Below, piece by piece: positions 19,197 to 29,035 of a stretch of DNA of 64,000 bases. Within the stretch, counting starts at the first letter, position 1, and the number at the start of each line of letters is the position of its first letter. The stretch spans positions 203,082 to 267,081 of the forward strand of contig JAZRBB010000003.1 in NCBI GenBank assembly GCA_045634865.1, read 5' to 3'. Below the pieces are notes generated by a model. That model did no database searches. It was not told the DNA's origin and saw nothing but the letters and a program-made list of their open reading frames with translations. The translations under genes were made by a program, and so were the position numbers. This DNA comes from Candidatus Enterousia sp. (lineage in GTDB: Bacteria > Pseudomonadota > Alphaproteobacteria > Rs-D84).

Positions 19197-19811
19197 ATGA
19201 AAAAACTTATTGCTACATCAATGGCAGTATTAGTAGCAACACCCGCTTTGGCCGGTGGTTATGCTTATGAACAACAACCAACAGAATTTTTGGGTTGGAG
19301 TATTTTACCATATGTCGCATTGCGTGGTGGTGCAACATATTCTAACTTGAATTATAAATTGGGTGGTGTAAAAGAAGATGTGACCTTGAATTCTTATCAG
19401 GTTAGAGCCGCTTTGGGTTTAACTATGTATGATACAGCGCGTTTCGAAATCGAAGGTTCGTTCTTTACAAAAGATCACAAAACCCAAGACTTTGACGCGT
19501 TAACAGGTGTTGATGTTTCGGCCAGAAATATTGAATTGATGGCGAATGCGTATATGAATCTGGGACACTTCAAATATATCCAACCATTTGCAGGTATTGG
19601 TGCAGGTTTGGCATTCATAGATACGGCTAATCGTGTTGCTGGTGTCAAAGATCATAAAGATTCAACAAAATTCTCTGGTATGGGAACTTTGGGCTTATCA
19701 ATGCCATTCGGCTGTTTCGCAGTTGATGTTGCAGCACGTTATAATTATGTTGATGTTGCTTCTGGAATGCATAATTTTAGCGGTGATATTGGTGTTCGTT
19801 ATATGTTCTAA
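19197..19811 (+). CDS. Small outer-membrane beta-barrel protein (OmpW/opacity-like)
   Basis: Signal peptide MKKLIATSMAVLVATPALA. Alternating amphipathic beta-strand pattern and a C-terminal aromatic residue (RYMF). Confidence 0.5.
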   Translation: MKKLIATSMAVLVATPALAGGYAYEQQPTEFLGWSILPYVALRGGATYSNLNYKLGGVKEDVTLNSYQVRAALGLTMYDTARFEIEGSFFTKDHKTQDFDALTGVDVSARNIELMANAYMNLGHFKYIQPFAGIGAGLAFIDTANRVAGVKDHKDSTKFSGMGTLGLSMPFGCFAVDVAARYNYVDVASGMHNFSGDIGVRYMF

Positions 19812-19833
19812 ACATCGATTGTATATCTTGTTT

Positions 19834-19861
19834 AAGTCCCGTTGTTTAACGGGATTTTTTT
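19834..19861 (+). terminator. Rho-independent terminator
   Basis: TCCCGTT-gttt-AACGGGA hairpin followed by T7. Confidence 0.55.
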
Positions 19862-19901
19862 ATTGCTAGGAATTTTTGCCCTGTGCTAGTATTAAGGGGT
19901 T

Positions 19902-21332
19902 ATGAGATGGTATTCATTGTGTTTTTATTGTTGCTTTGTAACTGCTACAAGCAGTGCTTTGTGTGAAACTATAATAACAGTCAATGCAAATGAAATTCGC
20001 AATGTGTTTGAGCCATTGACACAAAACACAACATTATACAATTATGGAACAATAACTTCTGATATAATAACTAATGGTAATAATTTTGATGTTTATAATT
20101 ATGGCACGATTAGCGGAACAATTGATGCAGACAGTGGTTTTGTTAACCAACACATTGATTCGATTGACGCATTTCATAGCGTGACTTTGGATAGCGGTAA
20201 CGATTTATATATTTATATAAATGGTGTGCATGACATTACTTTAACAGATTTGATGAATCTGGGGAATGCAGAAAATTTTGATATTACTAATTCTTCAATT
20301 GTGATTGATGATTTGGTTGCGTGGAATAATTGGGGGCAATCGGCAGAATTAGACAGAACAAACACATTGATTTTTTCGAGTCCGAGTGTTGTGCAAGCCG
20401 GTGATGTCATAAATCATATCGGTGAAAACCTTAACATTTCTGTTGAAGGGTTAGATCCTGCTTATATACCAGAACTTTCGTCAAGTTATGGTTCGTGGAT
20501 TATAAATTTTGGTCCAAATCCTAATTATCCGTTGTCTAATGTGTTGAATAGTGTCAATAGCATTGAAGATAAAAATCGTATCAAGCACTTGTCGTATCAT
20601 TTTAATCCAAACATATTGATGAACCCAATTAAGACAATGAACAAGTTTATGATGTCAAATATATTGTCATATAAAAACTCTCTATACATCGGTTTTTCTG
20701 GTTCTTATGTTATATCTGATAAGACTGATGCATATGGATTTGATTTAAGTGTCAATGGGAAATATGATGATGTATATTTACGCGCAGCTTTCAATTTTCA
20801 CGATTTTAGTTATCAAGATGATTACAATAATTTTGATGGTTTGATGTATGGTTTTAATGTTGGCGCCAAAACATATTTTGATAATTTGTGGCTTGATGGA
20901 ACATTGGGTTTGTCGTTTATTGACTTTGATGCGGATAATATTTTGTATAACGATGAAACCAGAAACAATCCGTTTGGTATGGGTTTATATGGGACAGTAA
21001 ATTTAGGTTATGATTATGTTTTGACAACTGATTTGACTGTTTCGCCATTTGTTGGGCCATCGATTGCAACATATTGGGTATATGATATCAATGACACAGA
21101 TTATAATATTCGTGGCGGTGGCAAGGTTGAGTATTCTTTTGTTGTGGATAATATCAAATACGAATATAGCGGAATAGGCACAATCAGCGTCAACGGTGAT
21201 TTATACGGTACATTAAAAGTTGGCTTTGTGTCTGAAATAGATAATGCAGGGTTGGCACTTGGTTTTGATGTATTGAAAACAGACGAAGAAACTGGATATA
21301 AAATATCTGTCAGTGGCAATATCACTTTTTAA
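19902..21332 (+). CDS. Autotransporter-like outer-membrane protein (short Gly/Thr/Asn-rich passenger + beta-domain)
   Basis: 476 aa. Passenger repeats YNYGTITSDIITNGNNFDVYNYGTISGTIDAD. C-terminal region is rich in alternating aromatic residues and ends SGNITF, the terminal Phe typical of OMP/autotransporter barrels. N-terminal start uncertain. Confidence 0.45.
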   Translation: MRWYSLCFYCCFVTATSSALCETIITVNANEIRNVFEPLTQNTTLYNYGTITSDIITNGNNFDVYNYGTISGTIDADSGFVNQHIDSIDAFHSVTLDSGNDLYIYINGVHDITLTDLMNLGNAENFDITNSSIVIDDLVAWNNWGQSAELDRTNTLIFSSPSVVQAGDVINHIGENLNISVEGLDPAYIPELSSSYGSWIINFGPNPNYPLSNVLNSVNSIEDKNRIKHLSYHFNPNILMNPIKTMNKFMMSNILSYKNSLYIGFSGSYVISDKTDAYGFDLSVNGKYDDVYLRAAFNFHDFSYQDDYNNFDGLMYGFNVGAKTYFDNLWLDGTLGLSFIDFDADNILYNDETRNNPFGMGLYGTVNLGYDYVLTTDLTVSPFVGPSIATYWVYDINDTDYNIRGGGKVEYSFVVDNIKYEYSGIGTISVNGDLYGTLKVGFVSEIDNAGLALGFDVLKTDEETGYKISVSGNITF

Positions 21333-21334
21333 TA

Positions 21335-22645
21335 TTATTTGATTATTTCACCACGCAAAGATGCTTTGTTCGCATCTGTGATTTTGATTTTTTGTAATGG
21401 CGATATTTCGTAATCTGGTTTATCGACAATGCATTGTTGCATATATGGTGTACGAAATACTAAATGACGTCCAGTTTTATCATCGCCTTCGCATAAACAA
21501 ATCATTTCTTTGCCAATGCAAGACATATTAAATTCGCGTTGATTTTCATTTAGTTGAAAATCTAACCTTTGCAAACGAACAGATTTTATTTGTTCGCTGA
21601 TTTGGTTGTACATCAATGCTGCCGCTGTATGCGGGCGAGGCGAATATTTGAAAGAATACGAATTTATATATTTGATTTCTTGTGCAATGTCCAAAGTTTG
21701 CTCGAAATCTTCATCTGTTTCATCGGGAAAACCAACAATAAAATCAGACGATATCTGAATATCTGGTCGAACAGATTTTAATTTTTTTACTATGTTTTTA
21801 TAGTTGTCTAAATCGTCAGGCCGATTCATCAATTTTAGTATGCGTGGCGAACCACTCTGAATTGGCATATTCAGAAATGGTAATAATTTTGGCTCTGTCC
21901 CAAACATTTCGATTAAATCATCAGTCATTTCTGTTGGATAACTGGATGTAAAGCGTATACGGCTGATTTCGGACATTTTAGCCGTTTCACGAATTAAATC
22001 AGACAAACGATATAATTTACCATTTGCGTCTGTGTATTTATATCCATTTACATTTTGACCCAAAAAACAAATTTCAATCGCACCTGTTTTTGCAGCATTT
22101 ATTGTATCGCGCATAACGTCATCAAAAGGACGTGATAATTCGCGACCACGTGTATACGGGACAATACAATAAGTGCAACAATGATTGCAACCTTCCTGAA
22201 TTGGTATATATGCCACAGTAGGAGATTTAGTCATTTGTGGTAATTCATCAAATTTTTCCAAGCCACCCAAATCGATATTTAATAATTTAGTATCTGGATT
22301 ATTTATGATTTCTGGTAATTTGTGATAACTTTGTGGCCCCAGTACAAAATTTAATTCTGGTATACGACGAAACGCATTCCCCCCAGATTCACGTGCCACA
22401 CAACCAACAATACCGAGTAGGGCAGATTCTTTCTTTGCGCGTCTGATACGACCAAGTGCAGAATAAACTTTGTCAGTTGCCTTTGCACGAACAGCGCATG
22501 TGTTTAATATGATTAAATCGGCATCACTTACATCATCTGTTGAAACCCAATTTTTTGATTCCAGCATAGCGGCAATACGTTGACCGTCATAAACGTTCAT
22601 TTGGCAACCAAATGTCTGAATAAAGAATTTCTGCTGTATAGCCAT
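21335..22645 (-). CDS. miaB: tRNA-i6A37 methylthiotransferase MiaB
   Basis: 436 aa. N-terminal MTTase domain FIQTFGCQMNVYD, radical-SAM CxxxCxxC (CNHCCTYCIV) and C-terminal TRAM domain. Confidence 0.9.
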   Translation of the reverse strand: MAIQQKFFIQTFGCQMNVYDGQRIAAMLESKNWVSTDDVSDADLIILNTCAVRAKATDKVYSALGRIRRAKKESALLGIVGCVARESGGNAFRRIPELNFVLGPQSYHKLPEIINNPDTKLLNIDLGGLEKFDELPQMTKSPTVAYIPIQEGCNHCCTYCIVPYTRGRELSRPFDDVMRDTINAAKTGAIEICFLGQNVNGYKYTDANGKLYRLSDLIRETAKMSEISRIRFTSSYPTEMTDDLIEMFGTEPKLLPFLNMPIQSGSPRILKLMNRPDDLDNYKNIVKKLKSVRPDIQISSDFIVGFPDETDEDFEQTLDIAQEIKYINSYSFKYSPRPHTAAALMYNQISEQIKSVRLQRLDFQLNENQREFNMSCIGKEMICLCEGDDKTGRHLVFRTPYMQQCIVDKPDYEISPLQKIKITDANKASLRGEIIK

Positions 22646-22646
22646 A

Positions 22647-24176
22647 TTAGTCAGCCAATTTTTGTTTTAATAAATCACTTACCATTGCAGGATTTGCCTG
22701 ACCATGTGTTGCCTTCATAACATTACCAACAAAGAATCCAAGCAAGCCAACTTTGCCAGATTTATATTGTTCAACCTGGGCAGGATTATTTTTAATAACT
22801 TCATCCACAGCAGATTCAATTGCACCGGTATCTGTTATTTGTTTCATGCCATATTTATCTGCGATTTCATGAATTGTTCCACGTTCGCCGTCCAGCATTT
22901 TTATAAATATTTCTTTGGCTTGTTTGCCATTGATTTCATTTGCCAAAATCATATCAACCAATTCAGTAATATTTTCAGGTGTGATAATGCGTGGTGCATC
23001 TGGGTCAGAGTTTTCTTTGATTTCATTTGTGATGTCCATATTTTCAGGATGTGCAAACAATTCAGAAATCAGCCAATTTGCAACAGGTTTTGCACGTTCT
23101 TTCTTGCCATTTACAGCAGTATCATACCAATGTGAAATATCTGTTGTTTCAGTCAGACGCGTTGCATCATATTCTGATAAACCATATTCGTTGATATATC
23201 TTGCGCGTGTTGCAGATGGTAATTCAGGCATTGTTTTGCGAATGCGTTCAATGTCTTCATCTGTGATTTCCAGTTCCAATAAATCTGGGTCTGGGAAATA
23301 ACGATAATCAAGTGCGTCTTCTTTGCTACGCAAGATAGATGTTGTGCCGTCACCTTGATTATATCGCATAGTATTACGTTCAATAGTACCACCGTTTTCC
23401 AAGATTTCTATCTGGCGTTTTGCTTCGTATTCAATAGCATTCTTAATAAATTTGAAAGATACCATGTTTTTGATTTCGCATCTTTCGTTAAAATATTTTG
23501 TACCCACAGGACGAACAGAAACATTGACGTCTGCGCGCATTGAACCTTCTTCCATGTTTGCCTTGGATACACCCAGTGCACGTGCTATTTCACGTATTTG
23601 ACGCAGACATTTTTCTGCTTCATCAGGTGAAGTCACAAATTGTTTTTCATCCGGTTTTTCCAAATCTACAAATGCCACAATTTCCAATAATGTCACTCCG
23701 GTACGATTGTAATCAGCAAAAGATTTTGTAGGGTGCATATCGTGTTTCAATTTTCCAGCATCTTGTTCCAAGTGTGCACGTTCAATTAAAATCTTTTTTG
23801 GATTACCATCATCACCGATAATTTCAATCCACCCACGACCAACCACAGGTGGTTCATTTATGGGTTGAGATATTTGATATCCCTGGGGCAGGTCAGGGTA
23901 GAAATACTGTTTACGGGCAAATCTACTGTGTTTAGAGATTTCTGCGTTTATACCCAAACCAAATTTAATGGCCTGTTCAACACAGTATTTGTTTAATACT
24001 GGCAACATGCCTGGCATTGCAACGTCGACCATACATGCCTGGGTATTTGGGGCAACTGTCGGATTATAATCAGCAGATGCGCCACTGAAAATCTTGCTGT
24101 TGGATAAAACCTCTATATGAGTTTCCAAACCTATAACTACTTCCCAATCTGTTGTTTTGCCTTTTATCGTAAACAT
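22647..24176 (-). CDS. gatB: Asp/Glu-tRNA amidotransferase subunit B
   Basis: The motif VIGLETHIEV lies near the N-terminus and a YqeY-like tail is present. Start set at MFTIKG; the ORF-track ORF extends 26 codons further upstream, to 24254. Confidence 0.9.
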   Translation of the reverse strand: MFTIKGKTTDWEVVIGLETHIEVLSNSKIFSGASADYNPTVAPNTQACMVDVAMPGMLPVLNKYCVEQAIKFGLGINAEISKHSRFARKQYFYPDLPQGYQISQPINEPPVVGRGWIEIIGDDGNPKKILIERAHLEQDAGKLKHDMHPTKSFADYNRTGVTLLEIVAFVDLEKPDEKQFVTSPDEAEKCLRQIREIARALGVSKANMEEGSMRADVNVSVRPVGTKYFNERCEIKNMVSFKFIKNAIEYEAKRQIEILENGGTIERNTMRYNQGDGTTSILRSKEDALDYRYFPDPDLLELEITDEDIERIRKTMPELPSATRARYINEYGLSEYDATRLTETTDISHWYDTAVNGKKERAKPVANWLISELFAHPENMDITNEIKENSDPDAPRIITPENITELVDMILANEINGKQAKEIFIKMLDGERGTIHEIADKYGMKQITDTGAIESAVDEVIKNNPAQVEQYKSGKVGLLGFFVGNVMKATHGQANPAMVSDLLKQKLAD

Positions 24177-24227
24177 TTTAATTTTTCCTTGCTTTTTCGT
24201 TTTTAATATCTTATTATGCAGTCCGTT

Positions 24228-24303
24228 GGCTAGATAGCTCAGTTGGTAGAGCAAGGGACTGAAAATCCCTGTGTCAGTAGTTCGATTCTACTTCTAGCCA
24301 CCA
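24228..24303 (+). tRNA. tRNA-Phe (anticodon GAA), CCA encoded
   Basis: Acceptor stem GGCTAGA/TCTAGCC and D-arm TAGCTCAGTTGGTAGAGCA. Anticodon stem-loop AGGGA-CTGAAAA-TCCCT gives anticodon GAA. T-arm is GTTCGATTC. Discriminator A is followed by CCA. Confidence 0.85.
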
Positions 24304-24314
24304 TTTTTTTACCC

Positions 24315-25784
24315 CTAAATTCCCATTATTTTTGTTGGACGGTTATCAAACGCAGACGCGGTTTCGATATGTTTTGCCAGTTGCAACATTTGCATATCCT
24401 TGAAACGTGGTGCCACAACCTGCATACCCAATGGTAAGCCGTCTTGGGTCAAACCACATGGAACGCTGCATGCAGGAATACCAGCCAGATTCATTGCCAC
24501 AGTGAATAAATCCAAAGCATAATATTCCAATGGTGTTAAGTCTGAGTTTAATGGTAATGCAGGACCAGCGCTTGATGGACATACAATTAAATCACATTGT
24601 TCAAATGCCTTGTTAAAGCTATCTGCAATCATACGACGAACGCGCGCAGCCTGTAGGAAATATACGTCATAAGATTGACTGGATAATACTGCAGTTCCAA
24701 TTAAAATACGACGTTTGACTTCTTCGCCAAAGCCAGCTGAACGTGTCTTTTTATATGTGTCTTCTAAATCTGTACCTTCAACACGCAAACCGTAACGCAT
24801 ACCATCATAACGCGCCAAATTCGATGAAGCCTCTGCTGGTGCGATGATATAATAGGCAGCCAAAGCATCCAAAATATTTGGAGTTGAAACTTCTACAATA
24901 TCTGCGCCCATAGATTTCAAATCGTTGATACGTTTTGTAAACAGATTTTTCATATCGTCAGATATTTTGACAGAATCAAATTCTTTGATAACGCCGATAC
25001 GCAATTTTTTACCATCACCCAAGATTGGTTTTAGTTCGCCATCAAAGTCGAATTTTGCATTTGGACTGCTGGTTGAATCTTTTGGATCGTGTCCAGCCAT
25101 CACAGATAATAACAGTGCTGCATCATCAACTGTTCTGGCGATTGGACCAGGTGTATCAAGACTGGATGCAAATGCAACACAACCCCAACGTGAACACAAA
25201 CCGTATGTTGGTTTTACACCGACCAAGCCAGTAATAGCGCATGGAAAACGAATTGAACCACCTGTATCTGTTCCGGTTGCACCGATTGCCAAACCTGAAG
25301 CCACAGCACTGGTCGAGCCACCAGATGAACCACCAGCGGTTAAACGTTTCTTTAATTGCCATGGACTGACTGGTGCACCAAAGAAACTGGTCTTGCTGAA
25401 AGTCCCCATTGCGAATTCATCAAGGTTTGATTTTCCCAACAATACAGAACCAGAGTCAATAAAGTTTTGTGAAATTGTAGATTCATATTGCGGAACAAAA
25501 TTTTCCAATATATGTGATGCAGCCGTTGTACGTATGCCACGTGTTGCAAACAAATCTTTCATTGCGATTGGCATACCGTCCAGCGCCTTGGTTTCGCCAG
25601 ACGCATAACGTTTATCAGATTCTTCTGCATCACTTAATGCACGTTCAGGTGTTGTTGTGATATAGCAATTTAATTCTTTGCCAAATTTTTCAATACGTGC
25701 CAGATATGCACGTGTCAATTCCACAGCCGAAATAGAACGGTCTTTCAATTTTGCCAATGCTTGTTTTATGGTTAAATCTATCAT
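24315..25784 (-). CDS. gatA: Glu-tRNA(Gln)/Asp-tRNA(Asn) amidotransferase subunit A
   Basis: 489 aa. Amidase signature GGSSGGSTSAVASG and the Ser-cisSer-Lys catalytic context. Confidence 0.9.
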   Translation of the reverse strand: MIDLTIKQALAKLKDRSISAVELTRAYLARIEKFGKELNCYITTTPERALSDAEESDKRYASGETKALDGMPIAMKDLFATRGIRTTAASHILENFVPQYESTISQNFIDSGSVLLGKSNLDEFAMGTFSKTSFFGAPVSPWQLKKRLTAGGSSGGSTSAVASGLAIGATGTDTGGSIRFPCAITGLVGVKPTYGLCSRWGCVAFASSLDTPGPIARTVDDAALLLSVMAGHDPKDSTSSPNAKFDFDGELKPILGDGKKLRIGVIKEFDSVKISDDMKNLFTKRINDLKSMGADIVEVSTPNILDALAAYYIIAPAEASSNLARYDGMRYGLRVEGTDLEDTYKKTRSAGFGEEVKRRILIGTAVLSSQSYDVYFLQAARVRRMIADSFNKAFEQCDLIVCPSSAGPALPLNSDLTPLEYYALDLFTVAMNLAGIPACSVPCGLTQDGLPLGMQVVAPRFKDMQMLQLAKHIETASAFDNRPTKIMGI

Positions 25785-25802
25785 AATTATTCCCCTTATA
25801 TT

Positions 25803-26099
25803 TTAATCGCCGTCCATAACTTTTGGTACTGCAAAATAGCCACGTGATACACCAGTGGTATCAGGGTCATTTGCGAGTATTTCATTACGCATATTTGGTT
25901 CTATGACCACGTCTTCGCGTAAGGGTAATTTATGTTCGCATGGGCTGAGCATTGGTTCAACACCAGTTGTGTCAATTTTCTGTAATTTATCAATCCATTC
26001 AATAACAGAATCGATATTCATTTTTTCTAATTGTTCGTCAGATACATCAATTTTGATTAAATCTGCGAATTTGTGTAATTGTTGCTTGCTAAATGCCAT
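25803..26099 (-). CDS. gatC: Amidotransferase subunit C
   Basis: Start set at MAFSKQQLHKFADLIKIDVSDEQLEKM, about 98 aa. Sits immediately upstream of gatA in the same orientation. Confidence 0.75.
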   Translation of the reverse strand: MAFSKQQLHKFADLIKIDVSDEQLEKMNIDSVIEWIDKLQKIDTTGVEPMLSPCEHKLPLREDVVIEPNMRNEILANDPDTTGVSRGYFAVPKVMDGD

Positions 26100-26138
26100 T
26101 TGAAATCCTATTATTCTGAAAGTCAAAGGATTATAACA

Positions 26139-26585
26139 ATGATTTTACCAAATTACAAGGATTTTCCGCAGGTTGGACGCATAATCGGGCTTGATTGGGG
26201 GCTCAGACGTTGTGGGGTCGCTTTGTCGGACGAAAAACGTGATTTTGTGTTTGAAAGACCGCAAATTACCATAAAAAATCAAAATGAATTGGTTGATGCT
26301 GTGTTGCGTTTAATTGGCGAAGAACAGGTTGTTGGTATTGTAATTGGTTTGCCTTTGCATACAGATGGAACGGATTCTGAAACGACGAAGGCTGTGCGTG
26401 AATTTGCAGATATGTTGGTAGCCAAGGCTGATTTGCCAATTATTTTTATCGAAGAAAACCTGACCAGTGCAACCGCGGAACAGGAAATAGGGCACAAGAA
26501 TATGGCCAAAATGAAACAAACGCTTGATTCTGTGTCTGCTAGAATTATCTTGGAAAACGCAATAGCAATGTTGAAAAGGTTTTAA
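26139..26585 (+). CDS. ruvX: Holliday-junction resolvase-like RuvX/YqgF (pre-16S rRNA nuclease)
   Basis: RIIGLDWGLRRCGVALSD is the YqgF/RNase H-like N-terminal motif. Start taken at MILPNYK inside ORF 26079..26585. Confidence 0.7.
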   Translation: MILPNYKDFPQVGRIIGLDWGLRRCGVALSDEKRDFVFERPQITIKNQNELVDAVLRLIGEEQVVGIVIGLPLHTDGTDSETTKAVREFADMLVAKADLPIIFIEENLTSATAEQEIGHKNMAKMKQTLDSVSARIILENAIAMLKRF

Positions 26586-27628
26586 TCGTTTGCTGTTTCG
26601 TCTGGGATATTACCGTCGGATGACAATAGCACTGCTATCCATCGTGTAGAACTGAATTGTGCAGTTGTGATATATACAGTTGCCAAAATCGGAACGCTGA
26701 AAAACATTCCTGCAATGCCCCAAATCATTCCCCAGAATACCAAGTTTATAAGTATCGCCAATGTTGATATATTCAGGCTTTTCCCGGTCAATTTTGGGTC
26801 CAATATATTTCCAAATATAATTTCTATACCAATCAAAGATGCTGCGGTGAACAAAGGTAAATGCCATGTATCGCCACTGATAAATGCGTAAGCAATTGGC
26901 ATAGCGCATGCCAATATAGACCCCAATGTTGGAATATAGTTTAATATGAAAATCATAAATGCCCAAACGCTAGCAAATTCCAGCCCAATAATTTTTAGCA
27001 GTATATATGCTGTTACACCTGTTGCAGCAGAAATGAAAGTTTTCGTGAACAGATATTTTTTCATATGTTCATCAATGCTGTTCAATATATAACGTAATTT
27101 TTTCGTTTTCATTTGTGGAACAACCAAAGAGTCTATTTTTTTACCAAAAGAACTTTGTTCAATGAACATAAATATTAAATATATTAAAACCATACCAGTA
27201 GATGCAGCAACCCCAGCCAACGAAGAAGCAACATAAGCTGCGATTTGTGGCAAGTTTGGAATCAAGTTCAAGTCCATGCTGATGCCAAGTTTAGAGAAAA
27301 TGAATTCACCAAATGCTAATAATTTTTGCTGTAACACAGGTGTCGCATTATATAGTTCCCAAAACATAGGTTTTACCTGGGTCGCGAATAAGATTATAAT
27401 TCCACCGATTGTTGCAAACGATAATATATTGGCCAGCCATGTGTAAACCTTTGCTGGCGTATCACAAGATTTTTTATCAGACTTATAACATGGCATAATT
27501 TTTCTGTAATATGTTGCGATTGCGTTTAATAGATACCATAAAAACGCAGCAAACAATATTGGTACAAACAACGAACGTCCAATCCACAGACATAATATTA
27601 AAACCATAAATGTTATAAATTTATTCAT
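26582..27628 (-). CDS. AI-2E family (UPF0118/PerM) transporter
   Basis: 348 aa with about 8 TM segments. Family-typical length and conserved PIL...GIP region. Confidence 0.6.
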   Translation of the reverse strand: MNKFITFMVLILCLWIGRSLFVPILFAAFLWYLLNAIATYYRKIMPCYKSDKKSCDTPAKVYTWLANILSFATIGGIIILFATQVKPMFWELYNATPVLQQKLLAFGEFIFSKLGISMDLNLIPNLPQIAAYVASSLAGVAASTGMVLIYLIFMFIEQSSFGKKIDSLVVPQMKTKKLRYILNSIDEHMKKYLFTKTFISAATGVTAYILLKIIGLEFASVWAFMIFILNYIPTLGSILACAMPIAYAFISGDTWHLPLFTAASLIGIEIIFGNILDPKLTGKSLNISTLAILINLVFWGMIWGIAGMFFSVPILATVYITTAQFSSTRWIAVLLSSDGNIPDETAND

Positions 27629-27631
27629 GTT

Positions 27632-28537
27632 TTATCCTTTTGTTACAACATCACCGATAATGACACCGTGTGGCATAGTAAATGTTTGATAAAGCGTATA
27701 TATTGTAAAAGCAACCATAACGATATTAATAATGATAGCAAGCCATGCGTATCCGCGATTCATGTTTGCCTTGAAATTTGGTTTTGATGTCGAATTCCAC
27801 ATCGAAAAGACCAAAAACAATACCAATGGGAATAACAAACTGGCACTTTGTCTGGTCAACAATATGTTTGATAATAATATCAAGAACAAAAACACAAATG
27901 TTGTGTTGACTGATGTTGCGGTTGCCCAAGTATTGAATTTAGAATACCAATGTGATTTGATTTGCAAGTCTGATTTTGTTGATTTGTCTGCAATCAAATA
28001 TCCAGGCATCCAGGCCATAATGAATGTGAACGGCATTGTCAAAATAATTTTCCATGGTGTTAAACCCATGATTTTGGCACGTCTGTATTTTACAAAAATA
28101 CTGGATAATACTGTACCCAAAAAGAACATAAGGATAACGGACTCAATTATACCGGAAGATGCGAACAAGGTCTGTGTAATTACTGGCGGCATCTTGAAAA
28201 ATACAAACGAAGAAAAGAAATAGTTTGTTAAAGCATTATAACCAAAGAATATAAATAAAGTCGCCAAGGCTGTAATGCGATAACCATTTGTGAGCGCGAC
28301 AAAATCTTTTTGTGATATGTCTTTTAATGGCAATGACTTTGCAAGTTTATATGTAGCCCAAACGAAAATACCGATAGTCACAGCAAGCATACCATAATTA
28401 AATAATGAAATGTTTATTGCAGGAAATAATCTTGGTAACCAAGCAATGATTATTAAAATCAGCATGCGCAATGCAAATTGCAAAGGTTTTGTAAAAAGCC
28501 AGGTTTGCAATGTTGTTTGTTTGTTTGCTAGTTTCAT
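27632..28537 (-). CDS. Polytopic membrane protein, paralog 1 (N-terminus near-identical to the next gene)
   Basis: 301 aa, multiple TM segments. N-terminal KQTTLQTWLFTKPLQFALRMLI is shared with the ORF at 28534..29007. Confidence 0.45.
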   Translation of the reverse strand: MKLANKQTTLQTWLFTKPLQFALRMLILIIIAWLPRLFPAINISLFNYGMLAVTIGIFVWATYKLAKSLPLKDISQKDFVALTNGYRITALATLFIFFGYNALTNYFFSSFVFFKMPPVITQTLFASSGIIESVILMFFLGTVLSSIFVKYRRAKIMGLTPWKIILTMPFTFIMAWMPGYLIADKSTKSDLQIKSHWYSKFNTWATATSVNTTFVFLFLILLSNILLTRQSASLLFPLVLFLVFSMWNSTSKPNFKANMNRGYAWLAIIINIVMVAFTIYTLYQTFTMPHGVIIGDVVTKG

Positions 28538-29004
28538 TTTGTATCCTTTTTCTTTATTAATTTTTGTTTGTATTTTTTTCTTAGGTAAAATTCTGATATA
28601 ATGACACCAAATAAATACATTGCAATGCTGAAATCAATGCTTTTATACAATACAGTAAATATTGGATTCTGAAAGTGTGATGAAATAGTTTTGTCAAATC
28701 CACCTGTGAGTATCAGTATAATAATAGTTGTCAGTATCACCAAGTTATATTTTTTTATTACGGTAATAAAGTGCTCTTGTGGGATATTTTGTTTTTTTAA
28801 TGTTTTTATTAGTTTGTAAGTTCCCCAAACAAAGACACCAAGCATGGCACAAACATAAATAGCAATCAGAACAATATCTGGTAACGGTATTTTTTCGATT
28901 GCTGGGAACAACATTGGTAACCACGCAATGATTATCACAATCAGCATGCGTAATGCAAATTGCAAAGGTTTTGTAAAAAGCCAGGTTTGCAATGTTGTTT
29001 GTTT
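28432..29004. repeat. About 91-bp near-identical direct repeat (28432-28523 and 28914-29004) covering the 5' coding ends of the two tandem membrane-protein paralogs
   Basis: TTGGTAACCA(A/C)GCAATGATTAT...AATCAGCATGCG(C/T)AATGCAAATTGCAAAGGTTTTGTAAAAAGCCAGGTTTGCAATGTTGTTTGTTT is present twice. Confidence 0.85.
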
Positions 29005-29007
29005 CAT
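28534..29007 (-). CDS. Membrane protein, paralog 2 (157 aa)
   Basis: Same N-terminal 30-40 aa as paralog 1, then diverges. Overlaps paralog 1 by 4 nt. Confidence 0.45.
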   Translation of the reverse strand: MKQTTLQTWLFTKPLQFALRMLIVIIIAWLPMLFPAIEKIPLPDIVLIAIYVCAMLGVFVWGTYKLIKTLKKQNIPQEHFITVIKKYNLVILTTIIILILTGGFDKTISSHFQNPIFTVLYKSIDFSIAMYLFGVIISEFYLRKKYKQKLIKKKDTK

Positions 29008-29035
29008 GTTGTCCTTCCTTTTGTTTCAAATGTTT

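Noticed and set aside
22704-23301. Plus-strand ORFs (143 and 128 aa) inside gatB
   Set aside because: Antisense to gatB. Typical shadow ORFs.
24925-25608. Plus-strand 227-aa ORF inside gatA
   Set aside because: Antisense to the strongly supported gatA CDS. No independent signals.
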